A stretch of DNA of 64,000 bases from an uncultured Ignavibacteria bacterium (GTDB lineage: Bacteria; Bacteroidota; Ignavibacteria; Kapaibacteriales; UBA2268), in NCBI GenBank assembly GCA_937127445.1, contig CAKZLY010000030.1, positions 74,023 to 138,022 of the forward strand. The letters are read 5' to 3'. Positions 29,479 through 38,397 of this stretch are shown here, in pieces. The first letter of the stretch is position 1; every line of letters begins with the position of its first letter. Under the pieces are notes generated by a model, which ran no database searches, was not told the origin of the DNA, and worked only from the letters and a program-made list of their open reading frames with translations. The translations under genes were made by a program, and so were the position numbers.

Positions 29479-30897
29479 TTAATATCTGTAAGAAACTCCG
29501 AGCAAAATATTCAGAGGTTTTTGTTTCAAGATGTAATTTGATAGAGTAATTGGATTTTCATCATTTCCATAGGCAGTGCGTTGCTCGGAAAAGTCAGTCC
29601 AGCGGAGTACTCCATCAATGCGAACTCCTTTGGATAGATAGAGGCTACCACCGAGAGAAAAAGTAGATTTAGCTGCGTTTGGAATATCTAATTGGTAAGG
29701 AGAAGTAGTTTTTGCGTAGCTTGCTCTTGCTTCGAGAGGCAGTGCAGGGAATTTATATTCAGCACCGAACCCCCAGGTAGTTTGACCGACAAGGTGTCTT
29801 ATAATCATACGATTTAGAATATCAAACTGTTCGGCAACTTCTGCTGATACATCAGAAAACTTCATTTGAGTAACGTCCTGATATTCAACTCCTGTTGAAA
29901 AAGTAAGACCAAGCAGATGAAAAGAGACTCCCGCACTATACACAAAAGGTGTTCTAATATTATAGGAATTGTTACCCTGCTGGGTTGTATCGAATCTGTC
30001 GACAATACCTTGGGGGTTTTTGTCGAAAATCACATCGTGCGAAACCGAGAATTTTTCATCAACTTGATACCAGGTAGGTAGTTTTATGGAGAAAGAAATT
30101 CTCATAAAGTCTTCGATTTTACCTATTAGACCTAACTGAGCAGTAATTCCAGAAACATTTTGTTTTATTTTTTCTTTAACTATGAGTTTATCGAAATCGT
30201 CAATTTGCCATTTGTTGTAAATATTAAGTTCATCCCATTCAATGAATTCTCTTGAATACTCGAAGGAACCCCATTTACCGGTAATAGAGAAGCCAAGAGA
30301 GACGTTCTCGCCAACGTCAATCCCCAAACCCCCGGTTATGTTGTGGGTGCCACCCATTTCGTCAACGAAAGAGGTTTGGCGAAGAGAATCTTTGATATTG
30401 GTATTTCCGCTAATATCAGCAAGAAGCAAATCATAAGTCCAGCGTTTTTTTGCCTGGGACTGCTGAAGAATATAACTTGATTGAGTATTAAATATATCGT
30501 AGTCGTAACTTTTTTTGAAATCGTTATCTCTGAAATATCCAATAGCAACCGTAGTAATACCATTAGTGCCACTAATTGGAGAAGCTAATGCTAAATGGCT
30601 CAAATATTCATTATTAATATTAAAATTACTCTTTTTGCTTAAAATATTAACTTCATTACCAATATGGGAAAAGCCAAAACCAACGGAAAATTCATTTTTA
30701 GGGATAAGTGCTAATCCAGCAGGGTTAGCAACCAGCGCATTTATATCATCGGCAATTCCGATGTAAGAAACGTTTAGCCCTACTGCACGAGAAGTGATAA
30801 AATGCTGTGTGTTTGCGTAACGCAAAGCATCTTCAATAAACTGAGCTTTTGCAAAAGATACTGACAAGAAAATAAATATAAATATAGTTTTTTTCAT
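29479..30897 (-). CDS. FadL/TodX/OMPP1-family outer-membrane hydrophobic-compound channel
   Basis: Signal peptide MKKTIFIFIFLSVSFAKAQ. N-terminal hatch segment with the family NPAG motif (DDINALVANPAGLALIP). ~470 aa beta-barrel ending LGVSYRY. Start trimmed to 30897; the longer ORF would overlap the upstream lipoprotein gene. Confidence 0.65.
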   Translation of the reverse strand: MKKTIFIFIFLSVSFAKAQFIEDALRYANTQHFITSRAVGLNVSYIGIADDINALVANPAGLALIPKNEFSVGFGFSHIGNEVNILSKKSNFNINNEYLSHLALASPISGTNGITTVAIGYFRDNDFKKSYDYDIFNTQSSYILQQSQAKKRWTYDLLLADISGNTNIKDSLRQTSFVDEMGGTHNITGGLGIDVGENVSLGFSITGKWGSFEYSREFIEWDELNIYNKWQIDDFDKLIVKEKIKQNVSGITAQLGLIGKIEDFMRISFSIKLPTWYQVDEKFSVSHDVIFDKNPQGIVDRFDTTQQGNNSYNIRTPFVYSAGVSFHLLGLTFSTGVEYQDVTQMKFSDVSAEVAEQFDILNRMIIRHLVGQTTWGFGAEYKFPALPLEARASYAKTTSPYQLDIPNAAKSTFSLGGSLYLSKGVRIDGVLRWTDFSEQRTAYGNDENPITLSNYILKQKPLNILLGVSYRY

Positions 30898-30910
30898 AGT
30901 AACACCTAAT

Positions 30911-31945
30911 TTATCTTGTTCGTCTGTTAGCAGGTTCTTGTTGATTTTTTTGTTGTGCTGGTTTCGAATCATTGTTAGAACTGCGTGATGGAGCATCGCT
31001 CTGGCGAGGCGAATCGTTACTTGCGGGAGCAATTCTATCGCGCGATGGAGTATTATTGGTTCTATCAGGAGTTGGTTCAGATATAGTTCTGCGAGTAGGT
31101 GGTGCGGGCTGCTCGCCTTTTTGAGAACTTTCATATTTAGTGTCGGAGGAGGGACTATCGCTTTGTTTTATTTCTCTATCGGAAATATTATCCTTTGTTC
31201 GCTCATTTCGTGGAGTATTGAAAGCATCAGAGTTCGGACGCGACGATGAACGGACATTTTTATCGCTGGGTTCATTCTGAAAAATTGTCTTTGAACCTGT
31301 TTGAGTAGAAGGGACTACATCTGTTCCACTGCGACGATTTACGGGCTGATTGCTTTCGTTAGTTGCACCGATATTTGAGTAGCTTCCTCGGCTTGGACCG
31401 AAATCTCTATATGTGTCTTTTCGTGGTTTCTGCGTTATATGTTTATATTCAGGATACCAACCAGGATGATAGCAATAAGGGTAGTAATATGGATATGGTG
31501 TATAGACAGGATAAGGGTAATAAATTACGGCATAGTTATATGGGCGATATCTTGAAAAATAAGACCAGTCGTAGTAATAATCATAACCATAGGAAAAATA
31601 AATATTGCCGTAAAGAGGAGCATAAATTAAGGAATATCGAGGAGGTGCCCACCAGGGATAATATCCGTTATATGTGAGCGGATGGTAAAAATAGTAGTTA
31701 TTCTCTACTACAGTTGTTTTTTCGTTTATAGGATTCTGGTTAACGTAATATGAATAATCATTGGTTTTAGTTGACTTATCAACACTACTGTTATTCCCAT
31801 TGCTAACGGTAGTAGGATTATCTACTATTGTAGGTTTGTTGTTGTAACCATAATAATTATCTGTTTTGTTCATAGTTGAACAAGAAGAAAGAAGTATAGT
31901 TATAATAAACAACGAACCAAGCGATATGTAAAGTTTCGTTTTCAT
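30911..31945 (-). CDS. Lipoprotein with an extreme Tyr/Pro-rich repeat core and a Ser/Arg/Pro/Asp-rich disordered C-terminal half
   Basis: Lipobox LLSSCSTM. aa ~60-170 are dominated by Y, P and W (YPYPVYTPYPYYYPYCYHPGWYPEY). The C-terminal 170 aa are low-complexity polar. It sits directly upstream of, and co-oriented with, the FadL-like OMP (13-nt spacer). Confidence 0.55.
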   Translation of the reverse strand: MKTKLYISLGSLFIITILLSSCSTMNKTDNYYGYNNKPTIVDNPTTVSNGNNSSVDKSTKTNDYSYYVNQNPINEKTTVVENNYYFYHPLTYNGYYPWWAPPRYSLIYAPLYGNIYFSYGYDYYYDWSYFSRYRPYNYAVIYYPYPVYTPYPYYYPYCYHPGWYPEYKHITQKPRKDTYRDFGPSRGSYSNIGATNESNQPVNRRSGTDVVPSTQTGSKTIFQNEPSDKNVRSSSRPNSDAFNTPRNERTKDNISDREIKQSDSPSSDTKYESSQKGEQPAPPTRRTISEPTPDRTNNTPSRDRIAPASNDSPRQSDAPSRSSNNDSKPAQQKNQQEPANRRTR

Positions 31946-32088
31946 TTTCTTGTTCCTTAGTTATAACTCTTTATTATATCTACGATATAGTACCAATTTT
32001 GTTTCATTAAGTTTTAATAATTTAAAATATATATAGTTTTCTTAAATTGAATTGTTAAATTTGCATAAACAAAAAATAATTTTGTCAA

Positions 32089-34305
32089 ATGAAACAGAAC
32101 AATCAGGAAACTTTGTTTCAAAGAATTTCTTCACGCGATAACGTCAAGGACGAACTATCGAAAGCTCGTTTTTCGTTAAAACTTAAAATATTGATTATTT
32201 TATTGACTGTAGCATTATGCAGTATATGTTTCATCTATCAGATAGACCCTTCGTTTGATGTACAAAATAGGTATAATTTAGTTCCCGGCTACTTCTGGCG
32301 TGGGAGCACACTTGTTGCTGACTACCCTTTCCCAATATATAAATCATCAACAGTATATCAAAGTGAGGTTCGTCAGGCTCGTGAAAATACTAATTTTGTA
32401 TTTATTCTTGACAAAAGTGCTGAGGCAATTTCAATAAAAAAAATCAATTCTATTTTGGATAGTTTAAAACTTCTGAATACGGACAGAGTTGATGAAAAAA
32501 ATCTTGAACAATTAGTTTCCCTGAAAATCATTCAATCGCTTAAAAATTTGTCGAAGAACGAACGAAATGTTAAAATATCAAAAATGAAAGAACTAATTAA
32601 TCAATTTTTAAAAGAGGTATATAATAGCGGAATTGTTAATATTAATGCAGACAAAATTAAATTAGATGCAATAAGTGTAAGGGTTTCTCCCAATCGAGAA
32701 ACAATTTATCCGAAAAGTTCTTTGCTCGATAAGGGGTCGTTCCTAACTAAATTGAGGCAATTTGCAGAATTACGCTTTGAAAATGACGAAAATTTAGTTA
32801 TTGGAATAGTTTATCGAAACGTTCACCCCAACTTATTATATTCTGAGGAATTAACAGAACGTCAACGCCAGATCAATGAAAAGTCCGTCCCTAAAACTAT
32901 TGGAATAGTTCGTAAAAATGAGATAATAATTAACAAGGGTGAACGCCTAACAGAAGACAATATCCAAAAAATCAAATCCTACAACATTTCGAAAGTGATG
33001 AGGGACGAAAACGTTACAACTACGTATAATATTATTGGGAGCATTGGACACGCCGCGATTATTTATACAATTTTGCTTCTTTATTTATTTTTCATAAGAA
33101 AGAAAATCTTTACTGATAATTTGCATTTGCTGATATTGAGTGTTTTGCTGGTAGTGGTGTCTGCTACTGCGTGGATTACGGTGAATATATATAGCGAAGG
33201 TCCGATAGAGTATCTAATATTTCTGCCAACTTTGTCTATGGTGATAGCGATTTTGTTTGACTCGCGAACAGCGTTTTATGCAACGGTAACGATGGCTTTG
33301 ATGATTTCCGGAATTCGAGGGAACGACTACTCTACTGGAACTGCAATGCTTTTTGCAGGGATACTTGCTGCTTATACAGTGCGAGATATTCAGAGCAGAA
33401 CTCAGATTTTCCGTTCAATATTTTATATATTTATTGGTTTAGGTTTGGTTATTATCTTTTTCGGGTTCGAACGCTCTGATGAATGGAACAACATATTCTC
33501 AAAATTACTTTTTGCGGGGATTAATGCTGTTGTTGCACCAATCTTAACATTTGGTGGCATATACATTGTAGAAAGCTTAACTGATTTAGTAACTGACCTG
33601 AAAATCAAGGAATTTGATGATTTAAATCACCCGTTGTTATTGAAAATGAATGATGTAGCACCAGGGACATATCAGCATACAGTAGGCGTTGCATTCTTTG
33701 CCGAGAGGTGCGCTCAAGCAATCGGTGCGAATCAGCTACTTACGAAAGTTGGAGCATATTTTCACGATATTGGTAAGATATCTAAATCAGAGTACTTCAC
33801 AGAAAATCAAATTGAAATTGGGAACAAGCTAGATTTTTTGCCACCCAAAAGAAGTGCAATTGCAATTAAAGAACACGTTACCGATGGTATTGAATTGGCA
33901 AAACAATACAAAATTCCTAAAAAAATCATTGATTTTATACCGATGCACCACGGAACAACCATTATAAAACACTTTTATGCAAAAGCATTGGAAGAAGCTG
34001 CCGAAAATAGCTCTAAAGTTAATGCCGATGATTTTCGCTATCCAGGACCAAAGCCAAATTCAAGGGAAACAGCAATACTTATGATTTGTGATGCTGCCGA
34101 AGCTATTTCAAGAGTTAAAGATTATGATAAAGATGATATTATGAAAAAAATAAATCAATCAATTGATGAAAAAATATTGGATGGACAATTTGATAATTCA
34201 AATTTGACTTTCGAGGATGTCAAAATTATCAAAGATACTATCAATAAAATTATAGTTGCTAAGTCTCATCATAGAGTTGTATATAAAGAAATACCCCAAA
34301 AATAA
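32089..34305 (+). CDS. 7TM-receptor with intracellular HD hydrolase domain (PgpH/YqfF-type HDIG membrane phosphohydrolase, c-di-AMP phosphodiesterase-like)
   Basis: N-terminal TM, an extracellular ~280-aa domain, a 7-TM block, and then the HD domain motifs QHTVGVAFFAE...YFHDIGK...MHHGT. Confidence 0.75.
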   Translation: MKQNNQETLFQRISSRDNVKDELSKARFSLKLKILIILLTVALCSICFIYQIDPSFDVQNRYNLVPGYFWRGSTLVADYPFPIYKSSTVYQSEVRQARENTNFVFILDKSAEAISIKKINSILDSLKLLNTDRVDEKNLEQLVSLKIIQSLKNLSKNERNVKISKMKELINQFLKEVYNSGIVNINADKIKLDAISVRVSPNRETIYPKSSLLDKGSFLTKLRQFAELRFENDENLVIGIVYRNVHPNLLYSEELTERQRQINEKSVPKTIGIVRKNEIIINKGERLTEDNIQKIKSYNISKVMRDENVTTTYNIIGSIGHAAIIYTILLLYLFFIRKKIFTDNLHLLILSVLLVVVSATAWITVNIYSEGPIEYLIFLPTLSMVIAILFDSRTAFYATVTMALMISGIRGNDYSTGTAMLFAGILAAYTVRDIQSRTQIFRSIFYIFIGLGLVIIFFGFERSDEWNNIFSKLLFAGINAVVAPILTFGGIYIVESLTDLVTDLKIKEFDDLNHPLLLKMNDVAPGTYQHTVGVAFFAERCAQAIGANQLLTKVGAYFHDIGKISKSEYFTENQIEIGNKLDFLPPKRSAIAIKEHVTDGIELAKQYKIPKKIIDFIPMHHGTTIIKHFYAKALEEAAENSSKVNADDFRYPGPKPNSRETAILMICDAAEAISRVKDYDKDDIMKKINQSIDEKILDGQFDNSNLTFEDVKIIKDTINKIIVAKSHHRVVYKEIPQK

Positions 34306-34338
34306 TTTTGTTTAATTATTAATAATAAGGAGCTTATT

Positions 34339-34512
34339 ATGGAAAAAGAAGAAATGCTCACCGCTAAAAAAGTTGCTGAAAAACTCGGCGTTACCGAAGC
34401 AAAAGTGAAAAAAGTAATTAAGGAACAAAATATTGAGCCGGATGCTAAGCGTGGTGCTTGCAATTATTATGCGCCGACAACAGTTGAAAAAATCAAATCT
34501 TTAATTGATTAA
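34339..34512 (+). CDS. Small (57 aa) lysine-rich helix-turn-helix-like protein, not in the ORF track
   Basis: ATG at 34339 lies 6 nt downstream of AAGGAG. The frame reads MEKEEMLTAKKVAEKLGVTEAKVKKVIKEQNIEPDAKRGACNYYAPTTVEKIKSLID with TAA at 34510. It is 14 nt upstream of the NifU-like gene. Confidence 0.4.
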   Translation: MEKEEMLTAKKVAEKLGVTEAKVKKVIKEQNIEPDAKRGACNYYAPTTVEKIKSLID

Positions 34513-34525
34513 CATAAGGTGATTT

Positions 34526-34765
34526 ATGACTGATTTGGAATTGTTTGATGCAGTGGATAGCATCATCAATAAAGATATTCGCCCATTTATTGAAGCAGAT
34601 GGAGGCAAAATAAACTTAAAAAAGGTGGAAGACGGAGTGGTTTTCGTTGAATTAGCGGGTGCTTGTGCAGGTTGTCCAGGTGCTGTTATGACACTGAAAG
34701 GTGGAGTTGAGCGAATTTTGCAGATGAAAATATCAGAAGTAAAAGAAGTTCGCTTAGCTATGTAA
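34526..34765 (+). CDS. NifU-like (Nfu) Fe-S cluster assembly/carrier domain protein
   Basis: 79 aa with the CxxC motif in VELAGACAGCPGAVMTLKGGVE, typical of the NifU C-terminal domain. Confidence 0.75.
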   Translation: MTDLELFDAVDSIINKDIRPFIEADGGKINLKKVEDGVVFVELAGACAGCPGAVMTLKGGVERILQMKISEVKEVRLAM

Positions 34766-34825
34766 TTTTAATAAGCGTTAAATACAGTTTCTTATGAATT
34801 TTGGGCGGTAGGGCTGTTTTATAAT

Positions 34826-34862
34826 CTTCGGAAGGTTTCGAGCCTTCCGAAGGTTTAATTTT
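34826..34862. terminator. Bidirectional rho-independent terminator between the nifU-like gene (+) and the methylmalonyl-CoA epimerase gene (-)
   Basis: Perfect 10-bp stem cttcggaagg(34826-34835)/ccttccgaag(34843-34852) with a 7-nt loop, then tttaattttt. Confidence 0.6.
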
Positions 34863-34993
34863 TAAAATTCCATTTACTCATAACCATCATTATAAAGTAC
34901 TATTTCAAAAGCAAGACTGTTCAAGACTAACTTCTTGTCGTCTTTAATAAAAAAGCTACCCCAAAGGTAGCCTTTTTATCATGAAAAGAACGA

Positions 34994-35395
34994 TTATTTA
35001 TGTTGGCAAATTTCAGTCAGAACCCCATTAGTAGATTTGGGATGCAAGAAAGCGATAAGCATATCGTGAGCACCGGGGCGTGGTTCTTCGTTGATAAGTT
35101 GGATTCCAGTTTCTTTCAATCGAGCAAGGTCTGAACCGATATTATCAGTGTTGAAAGCGATATGATGTATTCCTTCGCCTTTTTTTTCAATAAATTTGGC
35201 AATAGGAGAATCCTCTCTTGTTGGTTGGGTAAGTTCGATTAACACATCGCCAACTTTGAATGAGGCAATTGAAACGCCTTGTTCTTCGACAACTTCACGA
35301 TGAACATCACCAAATTGAAAGATTTTTTTGAAAAGCTCTATACTTGCTTCCAAATCTTTAACTGCAATACCGATATGATTAATTGACGTAAGCAT
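34994..35395 (-). CDS. Methylmalonyl-CoA epimerase / glyoxalase (VOC) family protein
   Basis: Starts MLTSINHIGIAVKDLEASIELF, with the VOC metal-ligand pattern (H..E...H..E). ~134 aa after trimming to the ATG at 35395. Confidence 0.65.
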   Translation of the reverse strand: MLTSINHIGIAVKDLEASIELFKKIFQFGDVHREVVEEQGVSIASFKVGDVLIELTQPTREDSPIAKFIEKKGEGIHHIAFNTDNIGSDLARLKETGIQLINEEPRPGAHDMLIAFLHPKSTNGVLTEICQHK

Positions 35396-35470
35396 TATAT
35401 TTCCCATAAAAAAATGAACAAACACATTCAAAATTAAAGAAATTCGGGTAATAAACCAAATTCGAGAAAA

Positions 35471-36079
35471 TTATTTAGATAAAATTTTATCAAAATGATG
35501 ATAATCTTTAAACGATTTGAATTCTCCACCCCATCGCCAATCTAATTCTTTGAATTTTTGGACGATAGGACAATCAGAGGTAAAGGTGCCAGTTTTCTTT
35601 GGGTTATATTTAGCCCCTTTGGGAGAAATTCGTCCGTCGCTATAAATAACAGGATTATTGAAAGGATTAATATCGACTGCAAGCCCATAAGAATGAAGCG
35701 AAAGGCGATTTGTCCCAGCAATTGTTCGATAATTGAAAGAAGAAGAATTATTATTCGCCATTGAAGCAGAATCTGACCAATTATATTTCACAATTGGGAT
35801 ACATTTATCGACGAGGAAGCGTTCGTTTCGAATAAGTTCGAAAACATCTTCAATATCTTTTTGAACAGAATTATTTACTACGAGTTGTCCGCGATGAAGT
35901 TTTCCATCGAAAGAATAATAGACAACGTTAAGCAAAACAAGGCTATCGGTAATTTCTTTGGAAGCAGTTGTCCCTTCAATTGCATCTTCAAATGAAAGGT
36001 TGCTATCAATAATTAAATTTGTTAGAGACAATTGAAGCGACACAATGAACAGAAATATTATTTTTGAAACACAATTCAT
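35471..36079 (-). CDS. Secreted peptidase M15 family (VanY/D-Ala-D-Ala carboxypeptidase-like) zinc hydrolase
   Basis: Signal peptide, and the M15 zinc-site motif LSLHSYGLAVDINP (SxHxxGxAxD) plus a downstream H. Confidence 0.6.
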   Translation of the reverse strand: MNCVSKIIFLFIVSLQLSLTNLIIDSNLSFEDAIEGTTASKEITDSLVLLNVVYYSFDGKLHRGQLVVNNSVQKDIEDVFELIRNERFLVDKCIPIVKYNWSDSASMANNNSSSFNYRTIAGTNRLSLHSYGLAVDINPFNNPVIYSDGRISPKGAKYNPKKTGTFTSDCPIVQKFKELDWRWGGEFKSFKDYHHFDKILSK

Positions 36080-36138
36080 ACTAAATATTCGTCTTTTATA
36101 TGTTTATGATGAGTTAAATTAATTAATGATATTGATTT

Positions 36139-38181
36139 ATGAAAGGGAAATTTATATTAAACGCACAATATAAGCCGGCAGGCGACCAACCAAAAGCAAT
36201 TCGAGAGATTGTCGAGGGACTTAACCGTGGCGATAAGCATCAAACATTATTAGGAGTAACAGGTAGCGGGAAAACATTTACGATAAGTAACGTGATTGAA
36301 CAGGTGCAGCGTCCAACTTTGGTTATTTCGCCAAACAAAACACTGGCAGCGCAGCTTTATAGTGAATTTAAAGCTTTTTTCCCGGAAAATGCGGTCGAGT
36401 ATTTTATTTCATATTATGATTACTATCAGCCCGAAGCATATATTCCACGAACTGATACTTATATTGAGAAAGATTTTTCGATAAATGATGAAATTGACAG
36501 ATTGAGACTTAAAGCGACAAGTGCATTAATAGAAGAGCGTCGCGATGTGATTATTGTTGCGAGTGTGAGTTGCATATATAGTATTGGTAAAAAAGAAGAT
36601 TTTATGGAACTAATCCTGCCGTTAAATATAGGAATGAATATTTCGCGGAAGCAACTTATTTATAAACTGGCAGACTTGCATTATACGCGAAACGATGTTG
36701 ATTTTCAACGTGGAAGTTTTCGTGTCCGTGGCGATTATATTGATGTTATCCCTGCATATGAGAACAAAATTGGCGTTAGAATTGAACTATTTGGTGATGG
36801 AATTGAAAGCATAAGTTACATTGATGCTTTTTCAGGGAAAACATTATCCAAACTCGATTATATGGTAATTTATCCGTCGAAATTGTTTGTAACATCAGAA
36901 AACAAGTTAATACAAGCAATGAGTAGAATAAAAGACGAGCTTCACGAACGGCTTAAAGAATTACGCGAAGAAGGAAAACTTGTCGAAGCACAGAGATTGG
37001 AGCAACGAACTTTGTTCGATTTAGAAATGATGCGAGAAGTTGGTTATTGCTCGGGGATAGAGAACTATTCAATGCATTTATCGGGACGCGATTTTGGGGA
37101 ACGACCTCATTGCATTTTTGATTATTTCCCAGAAGATTATTTGTTGGTTATAGATGAAAGCCATATCACAATACCACAAATTCGAGGTATGTATAATGGC
37201 GACAGGGCAAGAAAGACAACTCTTGTCGAGCATGGATTTCGTCTGCCATCTGCACTTGAAAATAGACCTCTGAAATTCGATGAATTTGAAAGTTTAATTA
37301 ATCAGGTGATTTTTGTAAGTGCCACTCCAGGAGATTACGAACTGGATAAATGCGGAGGGGTTGTTGTCGAACAAGTAATTCGTCCGACAGGCCTACTTGA
37401 CCCAGAAATAGATGTTCGTCCGACAAAAAATCAAATAGATGACTTGACAGGAGAAATAAGGAAACGTGTTGCGAATGGTAACAGGGTGCTTGTAACAACG
37501 CTAACGAAAAGAATGGCAGAGGATTTGGCTGAATTTTTGCATAATATTGATATAAAAGTAGATTATATACATTCTGATATAGATGCTTTGAATCGAGTTG
37601 ATATAATTCGTCGTCTTCGATTGGGAGAAACGGATGTATTAATAGGGGTAAATTTGTTACGTGAGGGGTTGGATTTGCCGGAAGTATCGCTTGTTGCAGT
37701 GTTGGACGCAGACAAAGAAGGTTTTTTGCGAAGCGAGCGTTCACTTTTGCAAGTTGCTGGACGAACAGCACGGAACGTCGACGGATTGGTAATACTATAT
37801 GCTGATAAGATTACAAATTCAATGCAAAAGGTAATTGATGAAACAAATCGCCGTCGAAAATTGCAGGAAGAATATAATAGAAAGCATAATATTATTCCGA
37901 AGACTGTATATAAGAGCAAAGATGAGATACTGTCCTCAACTTCTGTTGCTGATATATCGCAATCACGCAACAAGCAGAAGCAGGAAGCAATGTTGAAATC
38001 GCAGCTGAAAGCAATTGACCCGATATTAGAAATGCTCAATCATAGCAACAAGCAAAAGATTATAGCGCAGCTTACAGAACAAATGAAAATAGCAGCAAGC
38101 GAGTTGAATTTCGAGCTTGCTGCCCGCCTCCGCGACGAAATAGAACTATTGAAGGAAGAAGAGGTAAAAAAAGGACAATAA
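36139..38181 (+). CDS. uvrB: Excinuclease ABC subunit B
   Basis: Walker A GVTGSGKT, the beta-hairpin region, helicase motifs DESH and VSATP, and the C-terminal UVR domain (ELNFELAARLRDEIELL). Confidence 0.95.
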   Translation: MKGKFILNAQYKPAGDQPKAIREIVEGLNRGDKHQTLLGVTGSGKTFTISNVIEQVQRPTLVISPNKTLAAQLYSEFKAFFPENAVEYFISYYDYYQPEAYIPRTDTYIEKDFSINDEIDRLRLKATSALIEERRDVIIVASVSCIYSIGKKEDFMELILPLNIGMNISRKQLIYKLADLHYTRNDVDFQRGSFRVRGDYIDVIPAYENKIGVRIELFGDGIESISYIDAFSGKTLSKLDYMVIYPSKLFVTSENKLIQAMSRIKDELHERLKELREEGKLVEAQRLEQRTLFDLEMMREVGYCSGIENYSMHLSGRDFGERPHCIFDYFPEDYLLVIDESHITIPQIRGMYNGDRARKTTLVEHGFRLPSALENRPLKFDEFESLINQVIFVSATPGDYELDKCGGVVVEQVIRPTGLLDPEIDVRPTKNQIDDLTGEIRKRVANGNRVLVTTLTKRMAEDLAEFLHNIDIKVDYIHSDIDALNRVDIIRRLRLGETDVLIGVNLLREGLDLPEVSLVAVLDADKEGFLRSERSLLQVAGRTARNVDGLVILYADKITNSMQKVIDETNRRRKLQEEYNRKHNIIPKTVYKSKDEILSSTSVADISQSRNKQKQEAMLKSQLKAIDPILEMLNHSNKQKIIAQLTEQMKIAASELNFELAARLRDEIELLKEEEVKKGQ

Positions 38182-38397
38182 ATATAATAACTATTTTTGC
38201 CGCTTTATTAATAATAATTCAAATTATTCATTTCTATTAAGAAATAAATATGAAATACTCAAAACGTGATTATGTAAAAATGAAATAAACTTCAAAAGCA
38301 AATTAGTTTTTTATTTTTATTAATTTCCATACTCCAATTTTTTTTCTCATTTTTTAATCTTAATTTTGCTCTTTTATATAATATTATATATTCTATA

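Noticed and set aside
29479-31134. 551-aa extended ORF for the FadL-like gene, overlapping the upstream lipoprotein gene
   Set aside because: The N-terminal 79 aa have no signal peptide and overlap the Tyr-rich lipoprotein frame. The internal ATG at 30897 gives a canonical signal peptide (MKKTIFIFIFLSVSFAKAQ).
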